Assembly (NCBI RefSeq): GCF_036321535.1
Contig: NC_087437.1
Span: 31,932,001 to 31,996,000 of the forward strand
Source: Camelus dromedarius
Lineage: Eukaryota
Length of the DNA stretch: 64,000 nt
Direction of reading: 5' to 3'
Part shown: piece after piece, positions 38,469-50,965 of the stretch
Layout: each line of letters opens with the position of its first letter
How positions within the stretch are numbered: position 1 is the first letter of the stretch
The notes under the pieces: generated by a model
Database searches by the model: none
What the model was told of the DNA's origin: nothing
What the model saw: the letters and a program-made list of their open reading frames with translations, nothing else
Made by a program: the position numbers and the translations under genes

Positions 38469-40418
38469 TAAAGAATTCTTTTTATCTTAAACATCGAGGG
38501 AAATATTGATAGAGAGACAAACATTTGGTAAACAGTTCAGTAAGAAAACATGGATTAAAAGTCAGCAATACTTCAGTCAAGCAAAAAATTATAACCATAT
38601 TCACCCGTTCACTCAACCTGATGCAATCAACCCCTTTTACTGTTTTATGAAATCAGAGTTTTCATTAGACTTCTTAAATACTCAGCTCAGCAGTATGATT
38701 TAAAAGAAACCTGTACTTGTCAAAAAGTCCTTTTTATGAATTTTCTTGAAGAAGCAGTTTTGCAAAGCACCCACTTAACTGTATACAAATGACAGAAGAT
38801 CCAAAAAAGGGAAGGTTAAAGATCTGATCACAATGTTTTTTGACAAAGAAGTTTAATCAAGTTGCTGTGACACACAACATCCCAAGATAACAACCAAAAC
38901 CATGACTGATAGCACCATACCAGGACATACCCAAGTTTCAGAAAACTATGATTTCTAGAAATGTCCAGATCAACAACACCCATTTACTCCATACAATCTG
39001 AGGATGCTTATTATACATTTGACACAATTCAACATGCCAACCAATCCTACTTAAATATTTTTCTCTGAGATGTCTCAGGAACCCTCTGAAGCATCACAAA
39101 GTTAGCTGAAGTCAAAAGAATTTCAATTAGAACTTGATAGGAAGTTTGTCAAAAACATCAAAAAGTTTCACACAATCTGTTATCTGTTACTTAGAAGCGT
39201 TCTAAGTAAACTTATTCTCTTAACAGGGAGGAACCAAACCTAGTCCTGCACCAGCCTATTTTCAATAACAAAATCCATTCACCTAGTCAAATTCAGTCTA
39301 ACCTAAGCCCAACCATGCACAGAACTCTGTTTTAGGGCCCCCTTTCTACAAAGCTTCCACAACTTTCTGTATCCATATTAGCTTGTTCCCTTTTTTTTCC
39401 CATCCAGAAACAACCAGTTCCATGACCAAATCACTTTCTTTTCCTTACCAAAATGCAATTCCATTCCTCATATCTTTTTCTTTTTTCATGTGTTTCCTTT
39501 TAAAAATTTTTATTTTTATTTTTGGTATGTATATTTTTTTATCCATTCCTCATATCTTTTTTTTACTCAAAACATATATCCTACTTTCCCACTTTATACT
39601 GAAATGTTTCCCCATTATTTCTAGTAGCTTCAATTACATATTTAAATTGGAATCTTCAGTTCCTAAAAATACTAATTTGTAGTGAATATTTCAGTATTTT
39701 GTTTTGTTTGGGAATGAACTAGCTATTCAAGTATTCAATAAACTTCCCATCATTTAATCCAATTCAGCACAACTCTAAAATTTCAAGTTGTCAAATATCT
39801 GGAGAGATCATTTTCAAGTACACATTCCTAAAACAAATATTTCTAAAGAGTTTACCCAAGAGCTCTTATCTCATTTGCATTCAATTCATTTTTAAGAACT
39901 TCACCATACCAAGTTAATATTTTCTGCTGACAAACTCTGCAACAGAATCAACATGAACTTATTGACCTTCAGTAAACCTAAATACAATGAGACATGTCTG
40001 TATTGATTATACCAACAAGTTTAAGCTAGCTTTAATATCAGATATCAATTCAATATTGAATATTCCCTAGATTACATGAACCTGATCACATGTTTCGTCT
40101 AGCTTCTTTTATACTTAGAAGTATATAATTTGTAAGCATTTACTTTTAAGTCAATTAAATTGAACTCATTTACAAGTTAATTTTTCATGTAAAGACAGAC
40201 AGAACCAGAAATCTCAGGTTTTCTGCTTAAGTTTAAAACCCTCTTTTTTCCCCTTGAGAGACCAGGTAGATCATTTACAACTCAAAAGCACAGGAAGAGA
40301 AATGCAAATTCCTCCTCTAACTGCTTTTACAAAACGTAATCATCTTGGCTATTTTCAGAGTCTTTTCCCCCCCAGTTTCCAAATATCCACTTCAGTTTAA
40401 AGAAGTAACAGTAATGGA

Positions 40419-40454
<36 letters not shown>

Positions 40455-41101
40455 CTCATTTGCTTACATTCACATGCCTCACTTTCAGCCAAACCAGAAA
40501 GAACAGGATTCGGATTCAGGCACTGAGATACACCCACACCCACACCCTCAAGATAAAAGTCAAAGCAATTGCAAAAGGCCCACTTATTGATGTCATAGCA
40601 GAGTCATTAGGGGCCACTGTTCTCCAGATCTCAGGCTTACTGAGCCCATACAGTGTTACAGTAAAAAATATAATTTTCTTTCATTTATGGGAACATAGCT
40701 GAAGATGTATATATACCCTCAGGGACTATAAAGACGCAACAGAGCTGATTATCTATACTTAATTATTCACAGTCTATGTTATCAAATATCAAGCAAACAA
40801 CAATTTAAAACAGTCTCTGAGTCACAGTTCCAGAGCCCCCAGTAGGGGGATTCCCAACCAATGCCCCATCCGAGATGAAGCTAAATGAAGTTTTCCTAAG
40901 GCTAGAAAGGGAAAACCCCAACCACAGCCGAAGCCAGCATAACACTGAAGGATAACCTGGTGTCGTCACACGTGATCCCTGTTACCAAAGAAGTCTCAAC
41001 GGCCAGTGCAAGTGCTGATACACACACATGCAATCAATAGACATGGTCCCACAAACAAAAGATCAGATGAGGTGTAGCCCCAAAATTCCACTTTTACTCC
41101 C

Positions 41102-41209
41102 GCTCCCAGATGGAGGTTTCCAGAGAGGCCTGGCTCCCAAAAAAGGAGGGACCTCTGCTCCCAGATGGAGGTTTCCAGAGAGGCCTGGCTCCCAAAAAAG
41201 GAGGGACCT
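41102..41209 (+). repeat. Perfect 53-bp tandem duplication (period 55) in the ERV leader
   Basis: GCTCCCAGATGGAGGTTTCCAGAGAGGCCTGGCTCCCAAAAAAGGAGGGACCT at 41102-41154 and 41157-41209. Confidence 0.95.
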
Positions 41210-41730
41210 AGAGTGGCTCCCAACGAGTCCAGTCTGGCTCACTTCCTGGAAGGGAGTGGGTCCAGGTGGAGCAGGTTCAATTTTCCCATCCTGTGCAAGC
41301 CAGAGTGGCTCACCCCAAAGCAATAAACACAGAAACACAAACAACAAATAAGCTGTTGTTCACACAGACAGAAAATCAGAGGAGGTGCAGTCTAAAAATT
41401 CCACTTCCACCCCCAGACAGAGGCCTCCAGACTGGGGCCCTCGAAAGAGAACAGACCCAGAGTGGCTCACTCCTCAGAATGGAATGAGCCCAGATGGAGT
41501 GAAGAGAATTCCCAGCCTGTGCAAGCTAGAGCAACTCACCCCATAGCGACATGGAACTTGGAGCACAGCTCCGGGCGTTTCTCGGCTCCAAGCAGCCTCG
41601 TGCAGTGGGGCAGCCAGCGCATGTCAGGGAGAGAACCTCCCAGTTCCTTGGAGTGAAGTGAGCTCCGTCAGCTGCTGGGGATCCAGGGAAGGGGTTGCCT
41701 CTAGTCTGCACTGACCTGCAGTGGGTAAGA

Positions 41731-41750
41731 CTCCTAGGCTGGCCTTGTCA
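41731..41750 (-). other. Degenerate primer-binding site for tRNA-Arg(ACG)
   Basis: Plus strand CTCCTAGGCTGGCCTTGTCA versus the tRNA-Arg-ACG 3' end CTCCTGGCTGGCTCGCCA; 4 nt from the 5' LTR. Confidence 0.65.
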
Positions 41751-41754
41751 AAAT

Positions 41755-42204
41755 CGTTACCCAATGTAACTTTGTGTGCTCAACACACAGGAAGGCCCAA
41801 AAATACCAAAAAGTCAGAGTTTGGAGCAGAGAAAGCTTTACTGCTAGGCCGAGCAAGGAGAACTGGTGGCTCATGCCCAAAAAACCCCCAAACTCCCTGA
41901 AGGCTTTCAGCTGAGCATTTGTAAACATCAGCGGAGGGAGGGGCAGCCCAGGGTATGTGATCAGCTGTGCACAATTCTCTAATTGGTTGATGGCGCGCAA
42001 TCCTTAGCTGCCAGTTCTGGGGGTTACGTGTTCATGATCATCAAGTAATTAATTTCTACAACTTGGTGGTGGTCTTTAGCATCTGAAAAACTCAGGAATA
42101 TGCATAAGATAATATTATCTGGGAACTTCAGAGAGGAGCTATAGTGCAGGATGAGAAGGAGGGGTCTGTCCCCGTAAGGCTCCATAGGGTCCTGCTTGGT
42201 TACA
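41755..42204 (-). mobile_element. 5' LTR of the provirus
   Basis: Homologous to 36646-37116, ends GGTTACA then TSD. The poly(A) signal reads AGTAAA here versus AATAAA in the other two LTRs. Confidence 0.9.
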
Positions 42205-42315
42205 AATTCACTAGGAACATTTTCTTCTCACTCTAACCTAATTTAAAGTGTGGGCTCTTTGAGAGCAAGAATCATTTAAAACAGGAAAGAACTGCTTATA
42301 AAAATATTTTGAAAC

Positions 42316-42490
42316 TGCCTCTCAAAGTAGGAACAGAATCAGCATTTCCTAGAAACTTGTTAGAAATACAAAAATTTCAGTCCCAGCCCAGACCTCCTAA
42401 ATCAGAAATTCTGGGACTGGGGCCTAGTGATCTCTGGCTTAACAAACTCTGTGGTGATTCAGATCCAGCGTAAAGTTTAAGAGTAACTGT
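42316..42490. mobile_element. MER5A-like (hAT-Charlie) MITE
   Basis: CTTGTTAGAAATACAAA...CCCAGACCTCCTAAATCAGAAATTCTGGG...GGTGATTC...AAAGTTTAAGAG. Confidence 0.8.
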
Positions 42491-42519
42491 ATTAAGAAAG
42501 CTCTGATTCACTGACTAGC

Positions 42520-42920
42520 CCACTCTGCTCCTTCCTACAGCATCAACCCTGGTTCTCCTTCCTTTCCTGGATACGTGGGAAGAGCTCTCTTCTCTATTTC
42601 TTGGGTATTGGGCACATTTTGATTTGTTTTGATCAATAAAATGGAAGTGGAGATGTTATGTGTAGCTTCCAGGTTGAAGTGTTTAAGAGACAGCATATGA
42701 TTTTCCACACTCTCTTCTCTGGCCACAGCGGCTGTGAAAGGATATTTTGATATGGATGTGATTAAAGGATGCAGGAATACTCAGACACCATATGAAGGGC
42801 AGCCTCAGTGAAGGTCATTTGCCCCAATTTTGTGTGTACAATAAATAAACTGTGTACAAAGTCACTGAGATTTGGGGATTGTTTGTTATCACAGCATAAA
42901 TTGGCCTATCCCAGTTAATA
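42520..42920 (+). mobile_element. Old MaLR LTR (MLT1J/I-like)
   Basis: AATAAAC...CACTGAGATTTGGGGATTGTTTGTTATCACAGCATAA...CCTATCC 3' end. Confidence 0.7.
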
Positions 42921-43069
42921 TCTTCATTCATTGTAAATATATAATTATAGTGCTTGTACAATTTCAGACACTTCCATTGTAAATAATTTTCAGTTAAATG
43001 AATTGAATGAAGAATGAATTTGACATTCAATCAACAAATGCCTGCAATTGTGGGAGGTGATCAGTTGGA

Positions 43070-45000
43070 TTAGCTCAGTTCAGCAAACATTTATTGACTG
43101 GGACTGTGATATACACTGGGGATACAAAGATGAATTAGACACAATTTATAACCCTTTGATTTGAGGAGAAGATAAAATTGGAAAGGTTAATTATTGTCAG
43201 GCTGTGGAGGACCTTGAATTAAGGACTAAAGAATTTTATTTCATCTTGTAGACAATGGTGGCACAGAGTGTCAATAGATTATGAGTAAGAGAGCAGTGCT
43301 ATTAAATTGTCATTTTAGGAAAATTAATCTGCTGATGATGGAGGTGGTATAAGAATACCAATTGAGAGGCTATTTTAATAATCTCTGTATGAGGAGATGA
43401 GGGCTCTGGCCGGAGTAATGGTGACTGGAATGAAAGGGCATAATCAGAAGTGAAAAAGATTAGAAAATAAAAACAGAGTATGTCAATGGAATACTACTCA
43501 GCCATAAAAAACAATGACATTTTGCCATTTGCAACAACATGGATGGACTTGGAGGGTATTATGCTAAGTGAAATAAGTCAGAGAAAGACAAATACTTTGT
43601 ATATCACTTATATGTGGAATCTAAAGAATGCAACAAACTAGTGAATATAACCAAAAAAGAAGTGGACTCACAGATATAGAAAGCAAACTAGTTGTTATCA
43701 GTGGGGAGAGGGAAGCTGGGAGGGGCAACATGGGGGTAGGGGATTAAGAGGTACAAATTATTATGTAAAATTAAGCTACAAGGATATATTATACAGCACA
43801 GGGAATGTAGCCAATATTTTATAAGTATAAATGGAGTATAACCTTTAAAATTGTAAACACTATATTGTATACCTATAACATATAATATTGTATATCAACT
43901 ATACTTCAATTTAAAAAAAAAAGGAAAACAGGATATGTAAGGGGTTGGAGAGGAGGTGAGGAAGAGGAATGATTTAAGAATGACTCTGCGGTCCCAAGAC
44001 TGTGATGCCACTGGTGGAAGTTGGAAAAGGAAGAAGATGATAAGATTCTTTTGTTCCGTGCTGAATTTAGGGATGACAGCTCATTCATGGAGAAATATCC
44101 TTAGGGCAGTTTGTGAAGTGGGATTGGAGGGGCTTGGCAGAGAAGCCATGCCAGAACTAGAAGGTTATAGTGTAGAGGCCATGCTGGAAACAGTGAGTAG
44201 ACAAGGGGTGAATGTGTAGAGAGAGGATGGCTTGGGGCTTTGGGAGAAATCCATAATTAGGGACAAGAGAGTGGACAAAGGAGACTGAGGAGTAATCAGG
44301 AAGGTGGGATAAGTAGTGTAGTTAACCTTCATTGAGTACTTACCATGTACTGAGAATTTTACTTTTTTTTTTTTTTAATATAAACCTCACAGCCTCCCCT
44401 GGAAGGAATAGTTATTCAGTTTTGCAAATTAGCAAGCTGAGGCTGAGAGAAGTTTAAGAATTTTCCCCTAAGGTCTAATAGCTATTAAATAGTGATGCCA
44501 GTTCCACTTGACAAAAATCTATGTTCTTAACCTTTGCAATGAATGATCTAAGTTTTGCATCAACCAATGCATGTAGCTTGTTATAGAGGAAGGGCTGGCC
44601 AACGGGGCCAGGTACTACAGGAATCAAGAGAAATGATGTTTGAGAAGAACTCGTTGATTTGATGAATAGGAAGTGGCTGCTGTGAGTAGAATGGCGGAGA
44701 AGGGGCTTCACTGCTGGGGTAAAGTTGTGAGTGGGTGGAGCTGACATGGAAGGAATTAGTGGAGACAACTAATCAAGAAATGTTTGGTGAAAGGAACAAG
44801 AGAAAAGAATAGATCCTAGAGGGATCTCAGGGCTAAGTTAACAGTATATTTATTTCTAAGAGCACTCAGCAGATGAAATGAAAGGATACAGTAGCGTGAC
44901 AGAGAATGAAGGTGCCACAGAAAGGATGACAATGGAATTTGAAATTTTTTGAGAAGAACAGAAAGACAGATCTAAAGACTGGGATCTAAAAGGCCAACTC
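43070..45000 (-). mobile_element. Fragmented L2 with embedded L1 and MIR
   Basis: TCAGCAAACATTTATTGAC (reverse L2 3' end) and purine-rich L2-like pieces; MIR at ~44320-44500. Confidence 0.55.
43484..43922 (+). mobile_element. 5'-truncated L1 3' end
   Basis: CAATGGAATACTACTCAGCCATAAAAAA...ACTATACTTCAATT-poly(A); TSD-like AAAACAGAGTATGT / AAAACAGGATATGT. Confidence 0.9.
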
Positions 45001-46229
45001 TGGAAGGCAGAAGGGCAACTGCTTACTGCCTGACCAGAAGGAACGACCAGCTGAGGGAAGGTATCTATTCAATCTGTTTGAATGTACTAAAGTTTCCTTT
45101 ACTACACTGATACCAAATAAAGCCAATGTTCATTTAGATTAATTCAGAAGAATTCCAGTTATTAACATATCTGACCATCTGTGGAAATCTGAGAGCTGTT
45201 GAGACAACAAAATTATTATAATTATTCCAAGTTATGATCCCAAGTCCTTAGTACTGTATTTTAGGAAACAACTATCCATCCCTTCATCTGTTGAGCTCGC
45301 TTCCAGTGCCTAGTTTGTATTCTGACTCTAAAAATTACTATTTAATAAATACTCTGAATTTGGATACATTTTACGTAGCTGTTTTCTTAAACATTACTTA
45401 TTAAAAATATCTTCACATCTTCAGTTTATTTGTTTGGGCAGCTTTAAGTCACAATGTACAGATCTGAATTATTTTTGTAATAACTCATTGGTTTCTTATA
45501 TAAATTTCAAGGCCTGTCTAAATAAGAGTCTGTCACTGCAATCCAGATCAATTTTCTTTTGAGCAAACAGATCATCAGAAGGGCTTTAGGATTAAATACA
45601 GGCTTAACCATTTTAGTAACTCCCCCAAAAAACAGCAAAGTAAAATGTCCAGAAATCATCCCTTCGGTATTCTAACTAAAGCCAAACTTGAGAAATGTCC
45701 TTAGCTATTCCAGGATTTAAGGAACATGAAGATTGTTGGGAAATTCTTACAAAATTCAAAAAGAAACAGGAACACCATGCTACAATATGTAGGAAAGGAA
45801 CTCAAGATTTTTGTGAGAAGCAAGTTTCCTCATAAAAGTGGAAAAAGAAATGTCATTTGATCTGCATGACTTTTTGCCAACTCGGGCTTATTTTGTTGCT
45901 TTTGTTTACTTATTTGCTTGGAAGGTTTTGGCTGTTGGGTCCTTGGACTAAGGCCCAAAGAATCCTGAGCTCCACTGCCCTAGACTTGCCAAGTGGCATA
46001 GGAAATTGCCTTTTTTTATATCTGTAAGTCCTGAGACAAAGGGGATTATATCACTTACTTTTTAGAAAGTGTTTGAGAGTTTTCATCTGAAAAGCTGAAC
46101 AATACTTCAAACTCCAGAGAGCAGCTGGAGAGAATCAGAATGGAGCTGAGGGGACAGCTTGTTCTGCTGAACTTCTGTGGCTTCTTCCAGGCTTACCCTG
46201 CAGTTCCGCCTTCAGGACTGGCCCCACAT

Positions 46230-47160
46230 GCCTCTTCCGTAGCATGACTTTTTCTCTATCCTCTCTCACTATTCCTCCCCCAGTCCCTTTGCTGACTCCC
46301 CTTCCTTGACTCAGCCCTGAAATGCAGGGGTTCTCCAAACTTCTACCTCCAGCCCCTTCTCATGTTGTGTTACCTTTGTGCTGGGGCAGTCTTTTTCGCT
46401 CTGGAGGCGCCAACCGTATTTCCAAATATTGGTTGGACACCTGTGCCTGGGAGCCCCATAGATGCCTCAAACCCATCACCTCCAAAATTTAGCATGTCTT
46501 CCAGCCCTCAGTTAAAATGTCTTCCTTCCCAGACTCCTATTGATAAACATTATTACCTTTTCATAGTCTATGAAACTGGAAATGTTTTCACTGCTTTTGC
46601 CTCCCACCTCCAATCAACACCCAGGTCTTGTTAATGCTATCTCAAATGACTTCATCTTCTTCATTTCTGGTAAGTAGCCATATTCTGTCTATACTACCTC
46701 TAAAATGCCCTGAACTCCTCTCTCTCTTCTCCATTCTAGATTCTATTGCCCTTGTTCTGACTTCATCACCTGCTGCATCAACCAACTGGTCTCCTTGCTT
46801 TCTTCTCTCTTCATTTAATGCTGTACATGACTGCCAGAGTTGTTTTTCTAAAATACAAATCTAGTAATAGGAATCTTTTGCTGAAAAAGCAATGGTTACT
46901 GCAGCCAAGTGTGGCTGCAGCCTCATCTTCTGCCTTCACTGCTTCTCTCATCTACACATTGTAATTCACATGTGCTGGTTTTTTCTCCTCAAGCAACCCT
47001 GAACTTCCTTGGCCCCATGTTTGTTTGTCTTCCTATCATACTTTTCCTGCTTGATCAAATTATATCAATCCCTCAAGGTCCAGCTCTGTTAGAAAGACAT
47101 AACATAATAAGTTTACAACATAGTAGGTCTCAAGTATTTTGGGGCTGAAATGAGTGAAAA
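46230..47160 (+). mobile_element. Degenerate L2 fragment
   Basis: L2-like motifs (ACTGGTCTCCTTGCTT, GCCAGAGTTGTTTTTCTAAAATACAAATCT, ACATAGTAGGTCTCAAGTATTT). Confidence 0.55.
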
Positions 47161-47344
47161 AGAAGATACAAAAACTTCCCAGTACAAATAATGTAAGAGG
47201 ATTAACTCATTAGCTGAGAAATTTAAACTGAATTTAACTTCCATGTGAGTCAGGTCTACTGTCCGTGATCCTCCTCTTCCCCTCAGGCTCCCGCCATTGG
47301 TGTGACCTGCCTTGAACAATCCTTCCTTAGATCCCTACTTAAAG

Positions 47345-48200
47345 AGGATTTCTGTATTTTCTTACTAAAAACAATGCTGCAATGAACATATTTCATGGAC
47401 TATTTTTTCAAGTATGTCTGTACTATAAGTTCCTAGCACTGAAATTGCTGAATAAAAAGAACATGGATTAAAACGTTTGATACATGTTGCCATACTGCAG
47501 CAATTACCCTTACACCAAAGGTGTATGAAGATGCCTGGTTTCCATGCCCTCACCAGAAGTATTATCAAGCTTAGATTTTTGTCAGTTTTAAAGGTTTAAA
47601 AATGTTATTTTGGTTTATGTTTTCCTTATTAATGAGGTTGAGCATCTTTTCATATGTATATTGGTCATTTGTATCTCGTTTTCTGCCTTCCCTGTTCTTG
47701 TCCTTTGTTCAGTGTTCTTGTTTGGTTGGTTTTTTTCTTGATTGATTTTACTTATTCCTTGTAAATATAAGAAACTAGCCTTTTGTTTACAGTATGAGTT
47801 GTAAATACTATTCCAAATTTACCAATTGTCTTTTGATTTTTTTCATTATTATTTTTTATTACACACAAGTTAAAAACTTTTTGTAGTCAAATTTATCAAT
47901 CTTCCTTATGCTTCAAAGTTTTGTGTCATTCTTAGAAAAGTTTTCTCCATTCTAAGGTTGTAAATAAATAAACCCAGTTTTATTCAAGTGTTATTGTAGT
48001 TTCTATTTTAGAGTTTAAATCTTCAATCTGTATGAAATTTAATTTGGAATAAAAAGTAAGATAGGGATTTGTCTTAATTGTTTTCCCAAATGGTTCCTAG
48101 TTATACCAATTCCACTTATTGAATAATGTTTTTCTTACTGGTCTGAAATGTAGCTTTTATACTAAATTCTGGTGTACAGTTAGGTGTATGTCTGAACTCT
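47345..48200 (-). mobile_element. Old L1 (L1ME-like) ORF2/3' fragment
   Basis: ATGAGGTTGAGCATCTTTTCATATGTATATTGGTCATTTGTAT; TTTTGTAGTCAAATTTATCAATC. Confidence 0.75.
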
Positions 48201-49613
48201 GGAGAATTTAATTAGAGAAAATTTATGGTACTGTAAACCACTAGTTTGAGAGATCCAGCATTAAATCAGTGTTACTCTGGATCCAGATCTGCTAACAGAT
48301 ATAAATTTCATTGTCACAAAATTCAGATGTGCAAAGATATGTCTTCACTTCTCTACAACTGAACTTAATTTGCCCCTTGAGCCCCCATGTCCATTCTGTG
48401 GCAGAACACTTAGTTCAGCCAATTCAAGGTACCTCTGTCTCCCATGAGTAATCTAAGCTCTGGGGGTCAGAGATGACAAGAGCTCCTCTCTCATCCAGGC
48501 TTTGGTGAAGGGGTTGAATCTGTTTGATGGCCATCTTCTTCTTTATCTTTTCTGGCATCTACAAGATGTAACTCAGTGTGTCTGGTTATTGTCATTGTGC
48601 ACTTACATTTGCTTAGGTCCCAGCCAGGGGCCTCACATTGCTAATTCCAGGGATCTCTGCCCTCCTTCCTCATCCTGGGACCTCTCTTAGCTCATCTTAT
48701 CCCCTTTCTAGGGGAGGCCTGGGAATCGCTGGTACTTTTCATGCATCACCCCGAGGTGCTGAGTCTCTATGAAACTGTGCTGAGGCCCCTCCATGTGGGT
48801 ATCTCTTAGCCTTTGCCACTTCTCAGCTGTAGTCTCACGTTGGCTATGGGCTTCTCCAGAAGGCTTTCAATGTCTCTGGGCTGCATACGGAGAGGCAGAA
48901 GTTTCCCGTGCTCTCAGGTTCCCCCTAAAAACCTATCTGGGATTTCTTAGAGGTTCTCACTGTAGCATCATGGATTTGAAACTGGGACAAGCAGAATGTG
49001 AAGGCCCCTTTCTCAGGAATTCCTATCAATTACTCATTGTCTTGCTTTCCTTTCTCAACTATTTTCTGTCCTCCAATCTGAGATTTTCCTCTCGTCTTGG
49101 GGAGGGGGGAGTGCTGTGGGGGGGAGAAAGAACACAGCTTAATCATCACCCTGCACTTTCCAACTCCCTTGTTTACAGTACAAACTTTGACTATACTATA
49201 AACTTTTTGTTCAGTCCATTGGATCCTGATATTCAAAGCCAAGCTTTTGGAACCAAAACAATCTTGTCTCACAAAAGCCCAATTCAAACTAATCAAAATA
49301 TTTTGGCTTTTAATAAGATCATTTCTGTTATGAGTTTTAAGAGCCTGTTTTGGAGCTCATGGTTAAGAATGTGATTCTTTGTTCTTGCCGAATCAGGAAG
49401 AGTAATGGGCTCAAAGAAGCCTGGGAGAAGGATGCATGGGTGTGGCCTTTTTACTATCTCAGAAAATTATCTGCAACTCCAAGTCCTTGATCTGGCCTGT
49501 AGACTTCCGTCTCTACCCCTGTGATCATGCCATCAGTTATAGGATCTGTTTCAACTAACTGCTCCTTGGTCCTCCCAATTCCTTCCCTTTGTTCTTGCTT
49601 AGTCCCTTCTGCC

Positions 49614-50078
49614 TTTTTTTTTTTAATTGAAGTATAGTCAGTTTGCACTGTTGTGTCAATTTCTGATGTACAGCATAATAGTTCAGTTTTACATATACAT
49701 AAACATATTCCTTTTCATATTCTTTTTCATTACAGGTTACTACAAGATATTGAATACAGTCCCCTGTGCTATACAGTATAAACTTGTTGTTTATCTATTT
49801 TATATATAGTAGTATCTGTATTTCAAACTCCCAATTTATCTCTTCCCACCCCCTTTCCCCTCTGGTAACCATAAGTTTGTTTTCTATGTCTGTGACACTG
49901 TTGCTGCTTTATAAATAAGTTCATTTGTGTCTTTTTTAAATAAGATTCCACATATAAGTGATACCACATGGAATTTGTCTTTCTCGTTCTGGCTTACTTC
50001 ACTTAGTATGCCGATCTCCAGGTCCATCCATGTTGCAGCAAATGGCATTATTTTATTCCTTTTTATGGCTAATATTCC

Positions 50079-50125
<47 letters not shown>

Positions 50126-50270
50126 ACCACAACTTCTTTATCCAGTCATCAGTCAGTAGACATTTAGTTTGTTTCCATGTCTTGGCTATTGTAAATAGTG
50201 CTCCTGTGAACACTGAGGTGCATGTACCTTTCTGAATTAGAGTTTCCTCTGGATATATGACCAGGACTGG
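49614..50270 (-). mobile_element. Young 5'-truncated L1 3' end containing a (TG)n microsatellite
   Basis: ORF2 C-terminus in ORF 49884-50276 (FTIAKTWKQ...[11 protein letters not shown]); (TG)n at ~50081-50122; TSD-like CCCTTCTGCCTTTT / CCCATCTTCCTTTT. Confidence 0.9.
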
Positions 50271-50965
50271 GCCCATCTTCCTTTTGAACTGGAGTCCTGC
50301 CTGGCGTCCTTCACCCCCAATCTTCCCTCTGAAACCAGAGTCTCAGAATCTACCCTCTTTGTCTGGGCCACCGTTTTGACTGCAGAGCTGTCTACCTTCA
50401 AAACTTTCATGTACTCTCTGCTCTGGGAACCTCCTCATATAGTTCTCCATCTGCCTTCTGTTCCAGATGCTGGATCTTCCCAGATCACCTCCTTGCATCA
50501 CCCCAGCCCCCCCCAGCTTGACAGGAGGGCAACAGAGTATTCCATTGTGGGAAGTGGGGGTGGGTGGTGGGTGGGTGGGGCAGGAGGCAGCATGTGAGAA
50601 GAGCACCAAAGAGAATTACCGCAAGAAAGGCTATATGACAGTAGGTGGATCACCAAGATCAAAGCATTATAATGTTGCTTAAAAGGGTGAGTCTGTGAGT
50701 CCTTACAGATAATTGCTTTGGTATATTTCTGTAGTTAGTCTTTTCCGTGACATTACCCTCTTCCCTCCTGTTTCATCTCCTACCTCTGAATATTCTTCAG
50801 GTCTAAATCTGCAAATTTAGTCATCATAAGGATCTTAACTTCCTTCATATCAGAAGGTAGCTACTGCCCTGGTTGTTGTTGTTTTCTGGTTTGTTTGCAC
50901 CATTAGTAGCTTGATCTTATTCTCTGGAACTAAATGGCTGGGGTTCTTAAAAATCATTCTTCTCT

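Larger units (their letters stand above)
36646..42204 (-). mobile_element. Two-LTR ERV1-like (MER4-group-like) non-autonomous provirus remnant, 5.56 kb
   Basis: Direct LTRs at 36646-37116 and 41755-42204; TSD AATT (36642-36645 / 42205-42208); PPT and PBS in the expected places; env C-terminal remnant; no long ORF. Confidence 0.9.

Noticed and set aside
41102..41209. Direct repeats considered as CRISPR-like
   Set aside because: Only two adjacent copies with no spacers, inside a mammalian ERV.
48793..49374. Longest ORF in the window (193 aa, plus strand)
   Set aside because: No recognisable domain, Leu/Ser/Phe-rich composition typical of non-coding DNA, and no promoter or splice context. A BLASTP/PhyloCSF hit would overturn this.
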